Assembly (NCBI GenBank): GCA_000092065.1
Contig: CP000585.1
Strand: one strand, 5' to 3'
Length of the DNA: 64,000 nucleotides
From: Ostreococcus lucimarinus
Taxonomy: Eukaryota
Part shown: in pieces, positions 1-10,308 of the stretch
Position numbering within the stretch: the first letter of the stretch is position 1
Layout: every line of letters begins with the position of its first letter
The notes under the pieces: model-generated
What the model saw: only the letters and a program-made list of their open reading frames with translations
Told to the model about the DNA's origin: nothing
Database searches by the model: none
Made by a program: the position numbers and the translations under genes

Positions 1-101
1 CCGTCGAGCCCGTCGCCGATCGACGTCACACGCCGCCTCGCGCGCGCCGCGACGGCTCCGACGCGCGACGCGCGGCTCGAACGACGCGCGGTCGTCGCGC
101 G

Positions 102-3100
102 ATGGCGCGCGCGCGACGCGGCGACGACGGCGAGCCGCGCGTCGGCGCGCTCGTGTTCGCGACGGTCGGGAGCGCGCGCGTCGGCGCGGACGACGATGAG
201 ATCGCGCGCGCGGGACACGCGAACGCGCTGGCGGTGAGCGGAAAGTACGGATACCTGGTGCACGCGCGCGGAACGACGGCGCGCGTGCTCAGGACGAGCG
301 AGGTGGCGCGCGAGGTTGAGGGTTGGCGCGCGAGAGAGGCGCCGGCGAGCGAACGGCGACTCGATGGTGATTGCGTCGACGCGTGCGCGCGATCGGACGG
401 TGGAGACGTGATTGAAATCGTCAGCATGACGCCGGATGAACGCGCGTTCGCGACGTGCGATCGGCGCGGGCGCGTGGAGTTTTACGCGGCGAAGGATTCG
501 AGCGACGGTAAGGCGAGAGGGGAAAAGTTTGGAGAGATGACGCTCGAGGCGCCGGTGCGGGCGGTGAAGTGGTGCGCGAATAGCGCGTCGTTTATCGCTT
601 TGACGGGAGATGCGTTGATGTACGTTGAGGCGGTGGGGAAGGAGCCGAAGGAGATTGCGACGAACGTGACGTGCGTGAGCGCGCGAGCGAACGGGACGCT
701 GGCGTGGGCGAGCGGTAACGTTATTTCAATCGCGTCGAGCGTTGATCCCGCGCAAACGGTGAAGGAAACGATCGAAATCAGTCCATTTCACGATCCCGAG
801 GATTCGGTGGAAATTGACGGGGTGTACGTGCACAGCGCTGACAAGATTTTGTTCACCTCGAGAAGCGTCGAAGATCCCGCCGACTGCTCCTTGGCCGTGC
901 TCAAGAAGGTCGATGGGAACTGGGTGTGCACGCGCCTCGAATCCGCATTCGACATCGATTCCGAAGTTGTTGATTTGACTGGTCCAGTACTTGATGCGAG
1001 CGCGTTCAGTCCGTGGAATGTGGTGTTCGCGACGCATCGAAAAGCTTGGGACAACCAGCTGTTGACTCTTCAAATAACGCGCGACGCGGATCCTTGCGTG
1101 CTCGAAGTCGAAGACGACAGATGCAGCGCTTCGGTGCCGATGACTGAGGACGACGAAAACAACTACGTCACGGGCTTAGGATTAGACTTGACTGGCGCGG
1201 GTGGAACCATGCTCAACCCGCAGGATAAAAGCGCGCCCGAGTTGGCGAAAGGACCAGCGATTGTTTTCAGCACCACAGATGGAAGAATTACGATTCTGAA
1301 ATGTGCGAACTTGGACACCGAGGAAGCGCGAATCGGAGCGCAGTCGATACAGACGCAGCTGACGCTACCGACGGATTCGCCGCCGGCGATGATTCAAGCA
1401 GGGTCGTCTCCAACGCTCACACCTGCAAAGCCTTCTTTCGGCTTCGGTTCGGCGCCACCGGCGACTCCAACGTTGGCTTTCACGGCCAGTTCGCCTGCCG
1501 CTACGGCGGCGAGCACGCCGGCGTTTAGCTTTAAGCCCACTGAAACGTCCGCGACACCGGTGGCTTCGACACCAACCTTTAGTTTCAAGCCGCCGGAAGC
1601 GACTGCAACGCCTCCTCCAGCGTCCACACCTGCGTTCAGCTTTAAGCCCGCCGAGGCGGCATCGACGCCGGCGTTCAGCTTTAAGCCCGCTGAGGCGGCA
1701 TCGACGCCGGCGTTCAGCTTTAAGCCCGCTGAGGCGGCATCGACGCCGGCGTTCAGCTTTAAGCCCGCTGAGGCGGCATCGACGCCACCCCCAGCTTCGA
1801 CGTCGGCGTTCAGCTTTAAGCCGCCAGAACCAGCGAAGACGCCACTTGCGTCGTCAACGCCAGCGTTCAGCTTCAAGTCGCCCGAACCTTTGGCTTTTCC
1901 GACCGCGTCTCCTGCGTCCGCGCCGGCGTTCAGCTTTAAGTCGCCCGAGCCAGCCAAACCACCGGTGTCTCCGACGCCAGTGGTGTCTCAGCCGACGTCT
2001 TCTCCCAAGCCTATCGAAACGGTAAAACCAATCGAGAGCGTGAGTTTACAGTCTGTCGCTCCGACGCCACCGCGAACGACACCACCGCCGAAACCGGCGA
2101 CGCAGTCCGCGGCCGCACCGCAATCGCCAGTCGAGAAAGGCATGGAACTTCTCAAGCGGTTGAGCATCGGGGAAATCGACGTAGACACGGCACAGCTCGA
2201 GCTTAAAGGATTGATTTTGGATAGCACACCGACAAAGAGCACAAAAAAAGACTGGAGCGTATCTATGGCTAAGTTTACGCCGATCGATACCACGCGTTCA
2301 CCTGGCGTAAACTTGCAAAGCTCTCCGCTTCCTTCCTGGGGCAAGAAATTAGAAGACATTAGGCGATCGAAGGAGCAAGCGAGCTCGGAGGCGGACGGCC
2401 TTAAGGCGATAGAAGACGATATGGCTTCTGTGATCGCCGAAGTAGGTGCCATGCTTGAGGATGTCACGAGCGTGACAAAATCTTTAAGCGGCGAAATCAG
2501 TGATGGTTTGATGCCAGGAAAAGCAGACATTGCCAAGATTGAACAGTCGTCGGCGTCTGCGAAGACGACCATCGAATCGTTGTTGGACGGGAGCAATCAG
2601 TTGCGCAGTCGACTCAATGAGTTGTGGGCCGCAAACGCTTCGGACGAAACATTGCGAAGCGAGCTAGAGAGCTTGATTTCGGCGGCGTGTGAAGAAATCG
2701 ATGAGAACTCAAACGTCGACGATACGCGGGAACTCAGTCCTGCATTGAAGGATGTCCAGGACAACATGCACAAAGACATGCGTACGGTGCTAGAGATGGC
2801 GGCGGATCTCGAGGCCTCAGTTGAAAGACTAGAAGCCGCCAAGAGAGAAGCCAATCGCCCTAAGCCGAAAACAATTATTCGTAGTGGATTGATAGCATCA
2901 AAGGTAGACACCTCCGCGAGTTTCACCGCGCAGATGAACGGCATTGTGAAAGCCATTAACACGCAAGCCGCGGTGATTGAGGCGCAAGCTGAAAAGTTGG
3001 ATACACTTCTGGCGCGCGTTCAAGAAGAGGACGCGCCGCGCGTATCGAAGATTAAGAGCACATTACCAAAGGAAAACACGCCGCCGATACCGGCGAAACC

Positions 3101-5513
3101 GCTGAACGTAACCGCGAAGAAAGCTGTTGAGCCCGAGCGCTCAGCGGAACCCTTGATGCTCAAAACTCCCGTGAGTAAGATAGTGGTTGCGGATGAGGGT
3201 TTGGGGGACGACTTGGAAACTGTCATCATGTCGAGAATCGCGTCGACAAGAATCACGACGGTGAAGAAAACGACTCCACCTAAACCGAAGCAAATTTCGC
3301 CGATCAAACCTGCTGCGATTGAAAAGAAACCAGCACCCCTAGCGGCGTCGCAACCGGAGTTAGCAAAACCGTCGGCACCGGCGATGAGCTTTGGCGCCGA
3401 TTTCTTGGCCAAATCTCAACAAGATTACGCCGCGGCTCAAAAGGCGTTGGATGAAGATTTGAAGAAAGCAACGACACCGACGGAGTCGAAACCGGCATTC
3501 AGTTTCGCCGCAACGCCCGCAACGAAGCCAGCCGAGACCGAGTCAAAGCCGGCGTTCACGTTCGCTCCGCCGGCGGCGAAACCGTCACCGTCTACCGAGT
3601 CTAAATCTGCATTCACGTTTGCTCCTCCATCAGCAAGCTCGAGCGCAACGGAATCGAAGTCGGCGAGTGCGGCAGCGCCGACGATGAGTTTCAGCGCTGA
3701 CTTTCTCGCCAAGGCGAACAGTGGGTATCAGAAAGCCCAAACTGCGCTTGAAGAAGAGCTCAAGGGTGAAAAAGTGGAGGAGAAGAAGTCAGAGGCAAAG
3801 TTTAGTTTCGGTATCCCTGCGAGCGCACCCACGTCGACTTCGACGTCTGCAGCGACACCGGTAAGCGGTGGATTTGGTTCGAGTGCTCCCGCGTCGAAGC
3901 CCGCTGGTGGATTTTCTTTCGGTACACCGGCGAAGGCCACGGCAGATTCAAAGTCTGAACTCGCGAGTGCGCCCGCGTTTAGCTTTGGTGCGAAGCCAGC
4001 CGAAATAAAACCGGCCGGCGACGTTAAATCAAAGGAAGTACCAGAAGAAGAATCAAAGAAGGAAGAATCAAAGGAGGCAACTACGCCCGTTGCGGCGCCA
4101 CCCATGAGTTTCAGTGCGGACTTTTTGGCCAAGGCAAACAAAGGGTATGCTGCGGCGCAAGCGGCGCTAGAGGACGACCTTGCAAAGGCGACACCCCCGC
4201 CTGGTACGCCGCCAGCGAGCGCGGCGAGTGCGTCGCCAGAGAAGCCGCTTAGCTTTACTGCCGCGACGCCGTCGCCAGCACCCAAATTCGGAATTACCGC
4301 AGCGTCGAGCTCGGCGAGCTTAGCCACGGAAGTCGCGCCTTCGAAACCTACATTTGGGTCGTCTGCGAGTTCAGCCGCGACTACAACGACTGGTATATCA
4401 TCTGGCTTTGGGAGTTTCGGTTTCGGCAGTTCTACGAATTCTGCTTCAAGTGGCGGAGCAGGCGCGTTTGGGTCTACCAGTCCAGCCGCAGCCGCGGCGT
4501 CCGCACCAGTGTTCGGTGCTTCGACCTCTACAAGCTCGCAAAGTGCGCCCGCATTCGGTGCTTCCAGTGCATTCGGTGCTGCAACCACGTCGAGCTTCGG
4601 TGCAGCGCCGGCGACGAGCGCGCCGGCGTTTGGAGCAGCGCCGGCGACGTCGGGCGGTTTTGGTAAATCTTCTGGTTTCGGTGCTGCGGCAACGACGAGT
4701 GCACCCGCATTTGGGGCACCTTCGGCATTTGGTGCCGCGACAACGACAAGTTCACCTGCATTCGGAGCACCTTCAGCGTTCGGTGCCGCGACAACGACGA
4801 GCACGCCTGCGTTTGGCGCACCCTCTGCGTTCGGTGCCGCGACAACGACTAGCGCCCCGGCTTTCGGTGCGCCTTCTGCCTTTGGTGCTGCGGCGGCGGC
4901 TTCCACGCCAACAGCATTCGGAGCTGCAGCCACAGGAGCGAGTGGCTTTGCGGCGGTGGCGAGCAGCCCATCTCCCTTCGGCGCCGCGGCAACCGCGAGT
5001 GGGGGATTCGGCGCCGCCGCGACGCAAGCGACGACTGGCTTCGGTGCGGCGGCGGCGCAAAACTCCAACGGATTCGGTGGTTTCGGTCAATCTACGGGAG
5101 GTTTCGGTGCGGCGGCGACGCAAGCGACGACTGGTTTCGGTGCGGCGGCGACGCAAGCGACGACTGGTTTCGGTGCGGCGGCGACGCAAGCGACGACTGG
5201 TTTCGGTGCGGCGGCGGCACAAAGCTCGAGTGGCTTTGGCGGTGGGTTCGGCCAGCCCACGGCGTCGAGTGGCTTTGGCCAGCCCGCGGCGTCGAGTGGC
5301 TTTGGCCAGCCCGCGGCGTCGAGTGGCTTTGGCCAGCCAGCGTCTCCCGGCTTCGGCGCGGCCGCTCAAACTTCCGCCTTCGGCGGCGGATTTGGTCAAC
5401 CTGCATCGGCCGGCGGTTTCGGCCAGCCATCATCTCCGAGCGGGTTCGGACAACCGCAACAACAATCCGGTTTCGGCGCTCAAAATCCAGCGTTCACTCA
5501 AATGCGACGTTAA
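102..5513 (+). CDS. FG-repeat nucleoporin (Nup214/Nup159-like architecture: N-terminal structured region, coiled-coil middle, long FG/GFG repeat tail)
   Basis: Single 1803-aa ORF starting at ATG 102; the frame is open to the window start, so the 5' end could extend. Dozens of PAFSFKP and SFGxxxFG repeats, then the C-terminal third is almost pure GFGAAATQATTGFG and SGFGQP repeats. A motif MSF(G/S)ADFLAKxxxGYxxAQxALExDL occurs three times. The middle ~300 aa is a predicted coiled coil. Repeats are near-perfect at DNA level. Confidence 0.7.
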   Translation: MARARRGDDGEPRVGALVFATVGSARVGADDDEIARAGHANALAVSGKYGYLVHARGTTARVLRTSEVAREVEGWRAREAPASERRLDGDCVDACARSDGGDVIEIVSMTPDERAFATCDRRGRVEFYAAKDSSDGKARGEKFGEMTLEAPVRAVKWCANSASFIALTGDALMYVEAVGKEPKEIATNVTCVSARANGTLAWASGNVISIASSVDPAQTVKETIEISPFHDPEDSVEIDGVYVHSADKILFTSRSVEDPADCSLAVLKKVDGNWVCTRLESAFDIDSEVVDLTGPVLDASAFSPWNVVFATHRKAWDNQLLTLQITRDADPCVLEVEDDRCSASVPMTEDDENNYVTGLGLDLTGAGGTMLNPQDKSAPELAKGPAIVFSTTDGRITILKCANLDTEEARIGAQSIQTQLTLPTDSPPAMIQAGSSPTLTPAKPSFGFGSAPPATPTLAFTASSPAATAASTPAFSFKPTETSATPVASTPTFSFKPPEATATPPPASTPAFSFKPAEAASTPAFSFKPAEAASTPAFSFKPAEAASTPAFSFKPAEAASTPPPASTSAFSFKPPEPAKTPLASSTPAFSFKSPEPLAFPTASPASAPAFSFKSPEPAKPPVSPTPVVSQPTSSPKPIETVKPIESVSLQSVAPTPPRTTPPPKPATQSAAAPQSPVEKGMELLKRLSIGEIDVDTAQLELKGLILDSTPTKSTKKDWSVSMAKFTPIDTTRSPGVNLQSSPLPSWGKKLEDIRRSKEQASSEADGLKAIEDDMASVIAEVGAMLEDVTSVTKSLSGEISDGLMPGKADIAKIEQSSASAKTTIESLLDGSNQLRSRLNELWAANASDETLRSELESLISAACEEIDENSNVDDTRELSPALKDVQDNMHKDMRTVLEMAADLEASVERLEAAKREANRPKPKTIIRSGLIASKVDTSASFTAQMNGIVKAINTQAAVIEAQAEKLDTLLARVQEEDAPRVSKIKSTLPKENTPPIPAKPLNVTAKKAVEPERSAEPLMLKTPVSKIVVADEGLGDDLETVIMSRIASTRITTVKKTTPPKPKQISPIKPAAIEKKPAPLAASQPELAKPSAPAMSFGADFLAKSQQDYAAAQKALDEDLKKATTPTESKPAFSFAATPATKPAETESKPAFTFAPPAAKPSPSTESKSAFTFAPPSASSSATESKSASAAAPTMSFSADFLAKANSGYQKAQTALEEELKGEKVEEKKSEAKFSFGIPASAPTSTSTSAATPVSGGFGSSAPASKPAGGFSFGTPAKATADSKSELASAPAFSFGAKPAEIKPAGDVKSKEVPEEESKKEESKEATTPVAAPPMSFSADFLAKANKGYAAAQAALEDDLAKATPPPGTPPASAASASPEKPLSFTAATPSPAPKFGITAASSSASLATEVAPSKPTFGSSASSAATTTTGISSGFGSFGFGSSTNSASSGGAGAFGSTSPAAAAASAPVFGASTSTSSQSAPAFGASSAFGAATTSSFGAAPATSAPAFGAAPATSGGFGKSSGFGAAATTSAPAFGAPSAFGAATTTSSPAFGAPSAFGAATTTSTPAFGAPSAFGAATTTSAPAFGAPSAFGAAAAASTPTAFGAAATGASGFAAVASSPSPFGAAATASGGFGAAATQATTGFGAAAAQNSNGFGGFGQSTGGFGAAATQATTGFGAAATQATTGFGAAATQATTGFGAAAAQSSSGFGGGFGQPTASSGFGQPAASSGFGQPAASSGFGQPASPGFGAAAQTSAFGGGFGQPASAGGFGQPSSPSGFGQPQQQSGFGAQNPAFTQMRR
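1633..1788 (+). repeat. About 4 tandem copies of a 39-nt unit (gcgttcagctttaagcccgctgaggcggcatcgacgccg), near-perfect, encoding PAFSFKPAEAAST FG repeats
   Basis: Read directly in the sequence inside the nucleoporin CDS; coordinates approximate to a few nt. Confidence 0.8.
5021..5345 (+). repeat. Two tandem arrays inside the nucleoporin: a 33-nt unit (ggtttcggtgcggcggcgacgcaagcgacgact) x3-4 around 5100-5215, and a 27-nt unit (agtggctttggccagcccgcggcgtcg) x3 around 5265-5345
   Basis: Read directly; encodes GFGAAATQATT and SGFGQPAAS repeats; boundaries approximate. Confidence 0.75.
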
Positions 5514-5722
5514 AAAGTTCTCACCGTAGAAGGAAAAAAAGTGACATCACATCGACGACACAAATCACGACCGCGTCTCGCGACACTCGCCCGCGCGCAC
5601 TCGCGTCGAATCGAAAGCGCGAAACGCCTCGCATGCGCCCGTCTGCGCTCGCACGCCAAACCCTCCACGCGCCCGCGCGTCGCGTCTGTCGGCCGCGCGA
5701 CGGTCCCGCGTCGTCACCGCGC

Positions 5723-6391
5723 ATGACGTCACGCATCGCGCGCGCCGTCGCGCCCGCGGACATCGATCTCCCCAACCCGGCGGCGATATACGACGTGTGC
5801 GACGAAGAATCCATGCTCTACGGCCCCGCGAACACGTTCGCCATCAAACCGGATGATCTCATCGTGCGATGCAAGACGGTGCTCAAGAATGGCTTCGCGA
5901 ACATCGCGGGTGATTTGGCGGAAGATTTTCAATTCATTGGCCCCGTGGTCGGACCGCTTCCGGCGAAGGCGTTCGTGAAAGCGGTCGGGGGATTCGATCT
6001 CACGCAAGGATTCCCGGACATGAAGAGTAATTATTACCATTTCCGAGTCGACCCGTACGAGACGAATCGGGTTTGGTTCACGAACCGAACGACGGGGACG
6101 CACACGGGAAAGCTCGCGGGACGATTCGAAGCGACGGGGACGCGGGTGGAATGCCCGCCGCAGGCGCTGTCGATGACGTTTAATGCGGAAGGGAAGGTGA
6201 CGAAGATCACGGTTGGAGTGGTGATGGACCGCACGCTCGGTAATACGGGCGGGCTCGGTGGCGTATTTGGGTTGTTCAACGCCATCGGCTCGCCTTTGCC
6301 GTTCCCGGAGGCGCGACCTTGGAAGATGAGCAAGCGTTACCGATTGTTCCAATGGATCGGGAGGCTCGCGAGTCGCGGGAACGACGATTAG
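5723..6391 (+). CDS. Hypothetical protein, NTF2-like/SnoaL-like fold suspected
   Basis: Protein-like ~222-aa ORF from the internal Met (MTSRIARAV...). The upstream ORF part is Arg/Pro-rich and probably non-coding. Family assignment is from general composition only. Confidence 0.35.
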   Translation: MTSRIARAVAPADIDLPNPAAIYDVCDEESMLYGPANTFAIKPDDLIVRCKTVLKNGFANIAGDLAEDFQFIGPVVGPLPAKAFVKAVGGFDLTQGFPDMKSNYYHFRVDPYETNRVWFTNRTTGTHTGKLAGRFEATGTRVECPPQALSMTFNAEGKVTKITVGVVMDRTLGNTGGLGGVFGLFNAIGSPLPFPEARPWKMSKRYRLFQWIGRLASRGNDD

Positions 6392-6444
6392 ACACAAAAT
6401 TGAATTATTTAAATACAACAACGCCGCAAAGAATTGATTTACTT

Positions 6445-9400
6445 TCACTGTGCCTTCTCGGCACGACACGCGTCAACTTCGCGCATAAGATTTTGATTTT
6501 CTCGCATGACGCGATGAAATTCGACTCGGCGCGAGTCCGCCTCCGCCTTGACTTGACGGCGTAGCGCCGCTATGGTCTTCTCTAAATGATCTCGCTGGCG
6601 CTTCGCTTCCATCTCGCAGGCTTCGTCTCTCCATGCTTCGAAGGCTTCATCGGTATTGATGTACTTGTGGTACATCGCCTTCACGCTTTCTTTGAGGAGT
6701 TTCGCGTCTTGAATGTTGTTCGCGCACTCGTGCAAATCGCGCTGGAACCTCTTTACGACGGCGGCCGAGTCAGCGCTTTGTTTGCGCGTCCGCAGAACGT
6801 CGCGCTGAAGAGCTTCACGTTGCGACTTGACATCGCGAACTTGCCTGACGAGCGCGGAATTTGAGTTGTAATACCTCAACAGTTCCTCATTCATGGCTTC
6901 AAAGTCCGATTCGCGAGCACGCACGCGCTCCTCCAAAGGACGCTGCTGCTCGCGCAAATCATCGGCTACTTTCGCGAGTTCGGCTACTTGTTTCTCGGCA
7001 CGAGCAAATTTCGCGTTTGCACGCACGAGGTTTTTATTCTTCGTCTCGATGGCTCGTTCGTGACTGTCGATGGTGTCATGTAAACTTCCCGCCTCTGCTT
7101 CGAGCGCCGCAATCGTCTCCGCCATCGTCGCCTTTTCCGCGCGCAAGGTTTCGATTTCTTGCAATCGTGCGTCTTCATTCTGCTTCACAACGGCATACTT
7201 GGTCTTTGTGACGCCGTTTTCTCCACGCAGAACCAAGCAACTATCGTGTTCACGCCTTACACGCGCCTCGTAGGTCGCCTTCAACTCTTCAATTTCGGCG
7301 TCGACTTCGGTGTCCATAACGCTTCTCGCGCGCTCGAAATCCTCGAGCATCAATTCGCGATCCTTCTGGAGACCGTCGATGTCTGACTTTAAGGTTGCTA
7401 TCCTCGCGTTAAACACTCCTTTCATGATTTCTATCTCCTTTTCGTGTTCATCGACAAGCTTCGTTTCCAGCTGTTCCCACTCAGCCTTCGCGGCGTCGCT
7501 TTGCATCTTGAGATCGTCGAATCGCCGCACTTCCGTGAACATTTTGCTCGTGTAATCATCTTCCGCCTCCGTGAGTCTTTTCTCGTGATCGTCTATCGTA
7601 CGCTCAAGTTCACGTTTCGTGTCTCGCACAATTGCATCACGCTCGCGCTCGAGCGCTGACACGCGTTGCTTCTCGTACTCAAGTAATCGTGTCGCCTCGT
7701 CCTCGGTCGACTTCACCTTTTCGTTCATCTCGGCTGTCTTTAACCGAAGTTGGTATTGCGACTGTAACGAAATTTCTTTCACCTGGTTTTGAAGCTCCAC
7801 TATACGTTGATTGAGTTCATCTAAGTCACATCGCGCAATGAGAACTTCGTCCGACGACAAGACATCGTCTTTTGACGCCATTCGCGGCGCGATTTCGCCA
7901 GCGCTTCGTTCTGCCGCGTCAGGTTTCACATCGTACGTGAACAAGCACCCATCGTCGCCAGCGCTGTGCAGCGTGGTCTCATCATAACTCAACTTCAACG
8001 ATGTGATGGGTTTGCCGTGTCCTGTGAATTCGACGTACTCACCCGTGAGTGGAATCTTGTACACGCGAACGCCGCCATTCGCCGTGGATGCGAACAATCG
8101 ATGCAAAGAGGCGCTGTACGCAACGTGCGTCAATGCGACGCCACCAGACGAGAACTCGCGCACGACTTTCAATTCATCGTCGAGCTCTTTCAATTTTGCG
8201 TCGCTGGAGCACGCGATGATTCCGCCTGTTTGTCGAACGACGGTGATGGAGGTGTACGCGCTGCCTTTGTGAACATGTTCGCGTCGGCGCGCTTTTTCAT
8301 CATCCTTGCTCGCGGCGCGCACGTCCCACTCGTAAATTGCGCCATCAGCGCCAGACGATATCAGTGTCGCGTCGTTATTATCCCACACAACCGATTTTAC
8401 TTTTCCACAATGACCTCGCAGCACCGCGATGGATTCAAACGTGAAGACGTGGTACACGTAAATAGTCGCGCCGACGGCGGATGCCACGAGATGTCCTCCC
8501 TTGGAAAACTCAACAACGCGACACGCCTTGAGCGCAAACTCTCTCACGACGCGGAAATCGCCGTTGAGAATATGCATAAGGCGCAACTTGTCGCTAAAAC
8601 CGACGCACGCGATCCAACCACTCGGATGAATAGACACGCAAAGCGGGTTGTCGAGAAATTCTTTCAACACCTCGCACTCGTTCGACGTCAAGTTCCATAA
8701 ACGCATCGATTTATCCGTCGCACTGACGCTGACCATGATGCGGCGTCGACGACAAATGTCCAACGACGAGACACCGTTGAGGTGTGCGTCCGGCAGCACG
8801 CGTTTGAACCGCATTTCGTTCGCTTGCATAATATCCGCATTCGTCAACGACAGCGCGAGCACGTGCTTGTTGTCCAGAGTACAGATTACGTTGTCACTAG
8901 AAGGAGAGATGCTCATCGCGACGACCGAGCGCGCTACCTGAGGCTCGAGCAAAGCCGGTTCATAGCCTTTAACTTGATCTCCATCCATGATCGACGGCAC
9001 TCCGCTGGTCGAGGTGTCGTACAAATCTTCATCTGCGCTCGCGCGCGCGGCGAGAGTCTTGACGCATTTGTACGCGCGTCCATTCTTGACCTGTTTTTTC
9101 GGTACTCGATCGACGATCACGACATCCCCTGAAGATCCTGCGGTTATAAAACCGTTTTTATACGACTCGACGCAGTTTACGCGCGTGCGTGCGTCGAGAT
9201 CCGACGCTGGGAGCGCGTTGCTCGTTTCGCCGCCGCCTCGATGCACGTTCAACTCATAAACGATTTCGTCGCCCTCCAAGACGATAACCTGTCCAGTGCT
9301 CGTACCGATGGCGACGTGCTTGTCGTCGCCCTTCAACCATAGGTGCGTCGTTGCATCACGACCTTCGTCTTTCACCAAAGTGTTCAATGCCTTCACCATC

Positions 9401-10128
9401 AGAGGTTTCACTGTCGTTTCATTTGCTCTGTACATCCTAAACACACCCCCGGCGCACACGGCGCTGATGACCCCCGGTTCGTGCGGGGAAAACGACGCGT
9501 GCTTTATTTGTAAAGTGGGATCGGAGACACGTTGCGCAGAAGAATGTTCACCTGCGACCGTGCTAACAACACGCCGAGGCGAGGGAAGTTCCACCGCCGA
9601 GCCGTCGACGACGTTCCAACAAACGAGAGCGTGCGAAGTCGTGCTGTATCCCAGTATCGAGCGCCCGTCTTCCGAAAAAGTCAAACCATCTAAAGACACA
9701 CGGTCGCCGACGCCACCGCTGGCGTTTACTCCCACGTGAGGCTTGGAGTCCATCGCACGCGTCAGCGTCCTTTTTTTCTTAAACGTCTGCGAATCGTACA
9801 TCGCGATGGAACACTCGCCGCCGTCGTCGAGCACCGCGACCGCGATCATCGACGACGATGCGTGCGCACACATAGCGCTCACCTCGCGCACATCCTTCGC
9901 GATCGGTAAGAATCGTTGCGTTCCGGTGGCAAAATCATACACCACCACCAACTTCCCCGCGACGTACGCCACCGACCCGTCGTCGATGAAGTGCGTTCGC
10001 CCTCGCGCACCGGCGTCGAGACCGAACGCCGCGCGCCGCCGCATCGCCATCCCACCTGTCCCCGCGCGTTTACTACCCGCTGGATTCGCTTCCATGACCC
10101 CACGCGCCGAGGTGTGCGCGCCCCGCAT
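6445..10128 (-). CDS. CFAP57: WD40-repeat plus long C-terminal coiled-coil protein, CFAP57 (WDR65)-like flagellar protein
   Basis: 1227-aa ORF. The N-terminal ~650 aa has multiple WD-like blades. The C-terminal ~500 aa is heptad-rich coiled coil (ELQNQVKEISLQSQYQLRLKTAEMNEK...). Size and domain order match CFAP57/FAP57; orthology is inferred. Confidence 0.5.
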   Translation of the reverse strand: MRGAHTSARGVMEANPAGSKRAGTGGMAMRRRAAFGLDAGARGRTHFIDDGSVAYVAGKLVVVYDFATGTQRFLPIAKDVREVSAMCAHASSSMIAVAVLDDGGECSIAMYDSQTFKKKRTLTRAMDSKPHVGVNASGGVGDRVSLDGLTFSEDGRSILGYSTTSHALVCWNVVDGSAVELPSPRRVVSTVAGEHSSAQRVSDPTLQIKHASFSPHEPGVISAVCAGGVFRMYRANETTVKPLMVKALNTLVKDEGRDATTHLWLKGDDKHVAIGTSTGQVIVLEGDEIVYELNVHRGGGETSNALPASDLDARTRVNCVESYKNGFITAGSSGDVVIVDRVPKKQVKNGRAYKCVKTLAARASADEDLYDTSTSGVPSIMDGDQVKGYEPALLEPQVARSVVAMSISPSSDNVICTLDNKHVLALSLTNADIMQANEMRFKRVLPDAHLNGVSSLDICRRRRIMVSVSATDKSMRLWNLTSNECEVLKEFLDNPLCVSIHPSGWIACVGFSDKLRLMHILNGDFRVVREFALKACRVVEFSKGGHLVASAVGATIYVYHVFTFESIAVLRGHCGKVKSVVWDNNDATLISSGADGAIYEWDVRAASKDDEKARRREHVHKGSAYTSITVVRQTGGIIACSSDAKLKELDDELKVVREFSSGGVALTHVAYSASLHRLFASTANGGVRVYKIPLTGEYVEFTGHGKPITSLKLSYDETTLHSAGDDGCLFTYDVKPDAAERSAGEIAPRMASKDDVLSSDEVLIARCDLDELNQRIVELQNQVKEISLQSQYQLRLKTAEMNEKVKSTEDEATRLLEYEKQRVSALERERDAIVRDTKRELERTIDDHEKRLTEAEDDYTSKMFTEVRRFDDLKMQSDAAKAEWEQLETKLVDEHEKEIEIMKGVFNARIATLKSDIDGLQKDRELMLEDFERARSVMDTEVDAEIEELKATYEARVRREHDSCLVLRGENGVTKTKYAVVKQNEDARLQEIETLRAEKATMAETIAALEAEAGSLHDTIDSHERAIETKNKNLVRANAKFARAEKQVAELAKVADDLREQQRPLEERVRARESDFEAMNEELLRYYNSNSALVRQVRDVKSQREALQRDVLRTRKQSADSAAVVKRFQRDLHECANNIQDAKLLKESVKAMYHKYINTDEAFEAWRDEACEMEAKRQRDHLEKTIAALRRQVKAEADSRRVEFHRVMRENQNLMREVDACRAEKAQ

Positions 10129-10308
10129 CCCTTCGTCTAATTTTAGCCTCCGCGAGCGCGAGCGCTCGCGACGTCGTTAACAACGCCTCAACAAGCGCGC
10201 GCATCAACGCCCAGCATCATCGCTCTCGCGATGCCTCGACACGTCGCGCGTGATTCTCGCGCACCGACCATCGCGACTCCGCGCGGCCGTCATACATCCC
10301 ATCGCGCG

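Noticed and set aside
3728-5399. Long minus-strand ORFs (446 aa, 208 aa, 113 aa) and a 391-aa plus-frame ORF overlapping the nucleoporin FG region
   Set aside because: Ala/Pro/Gly- or Arg-rich translations of the antisense or shifted frame of a GC-rich repeat. No domain. Mirror the nucleoporin repeats exactly.
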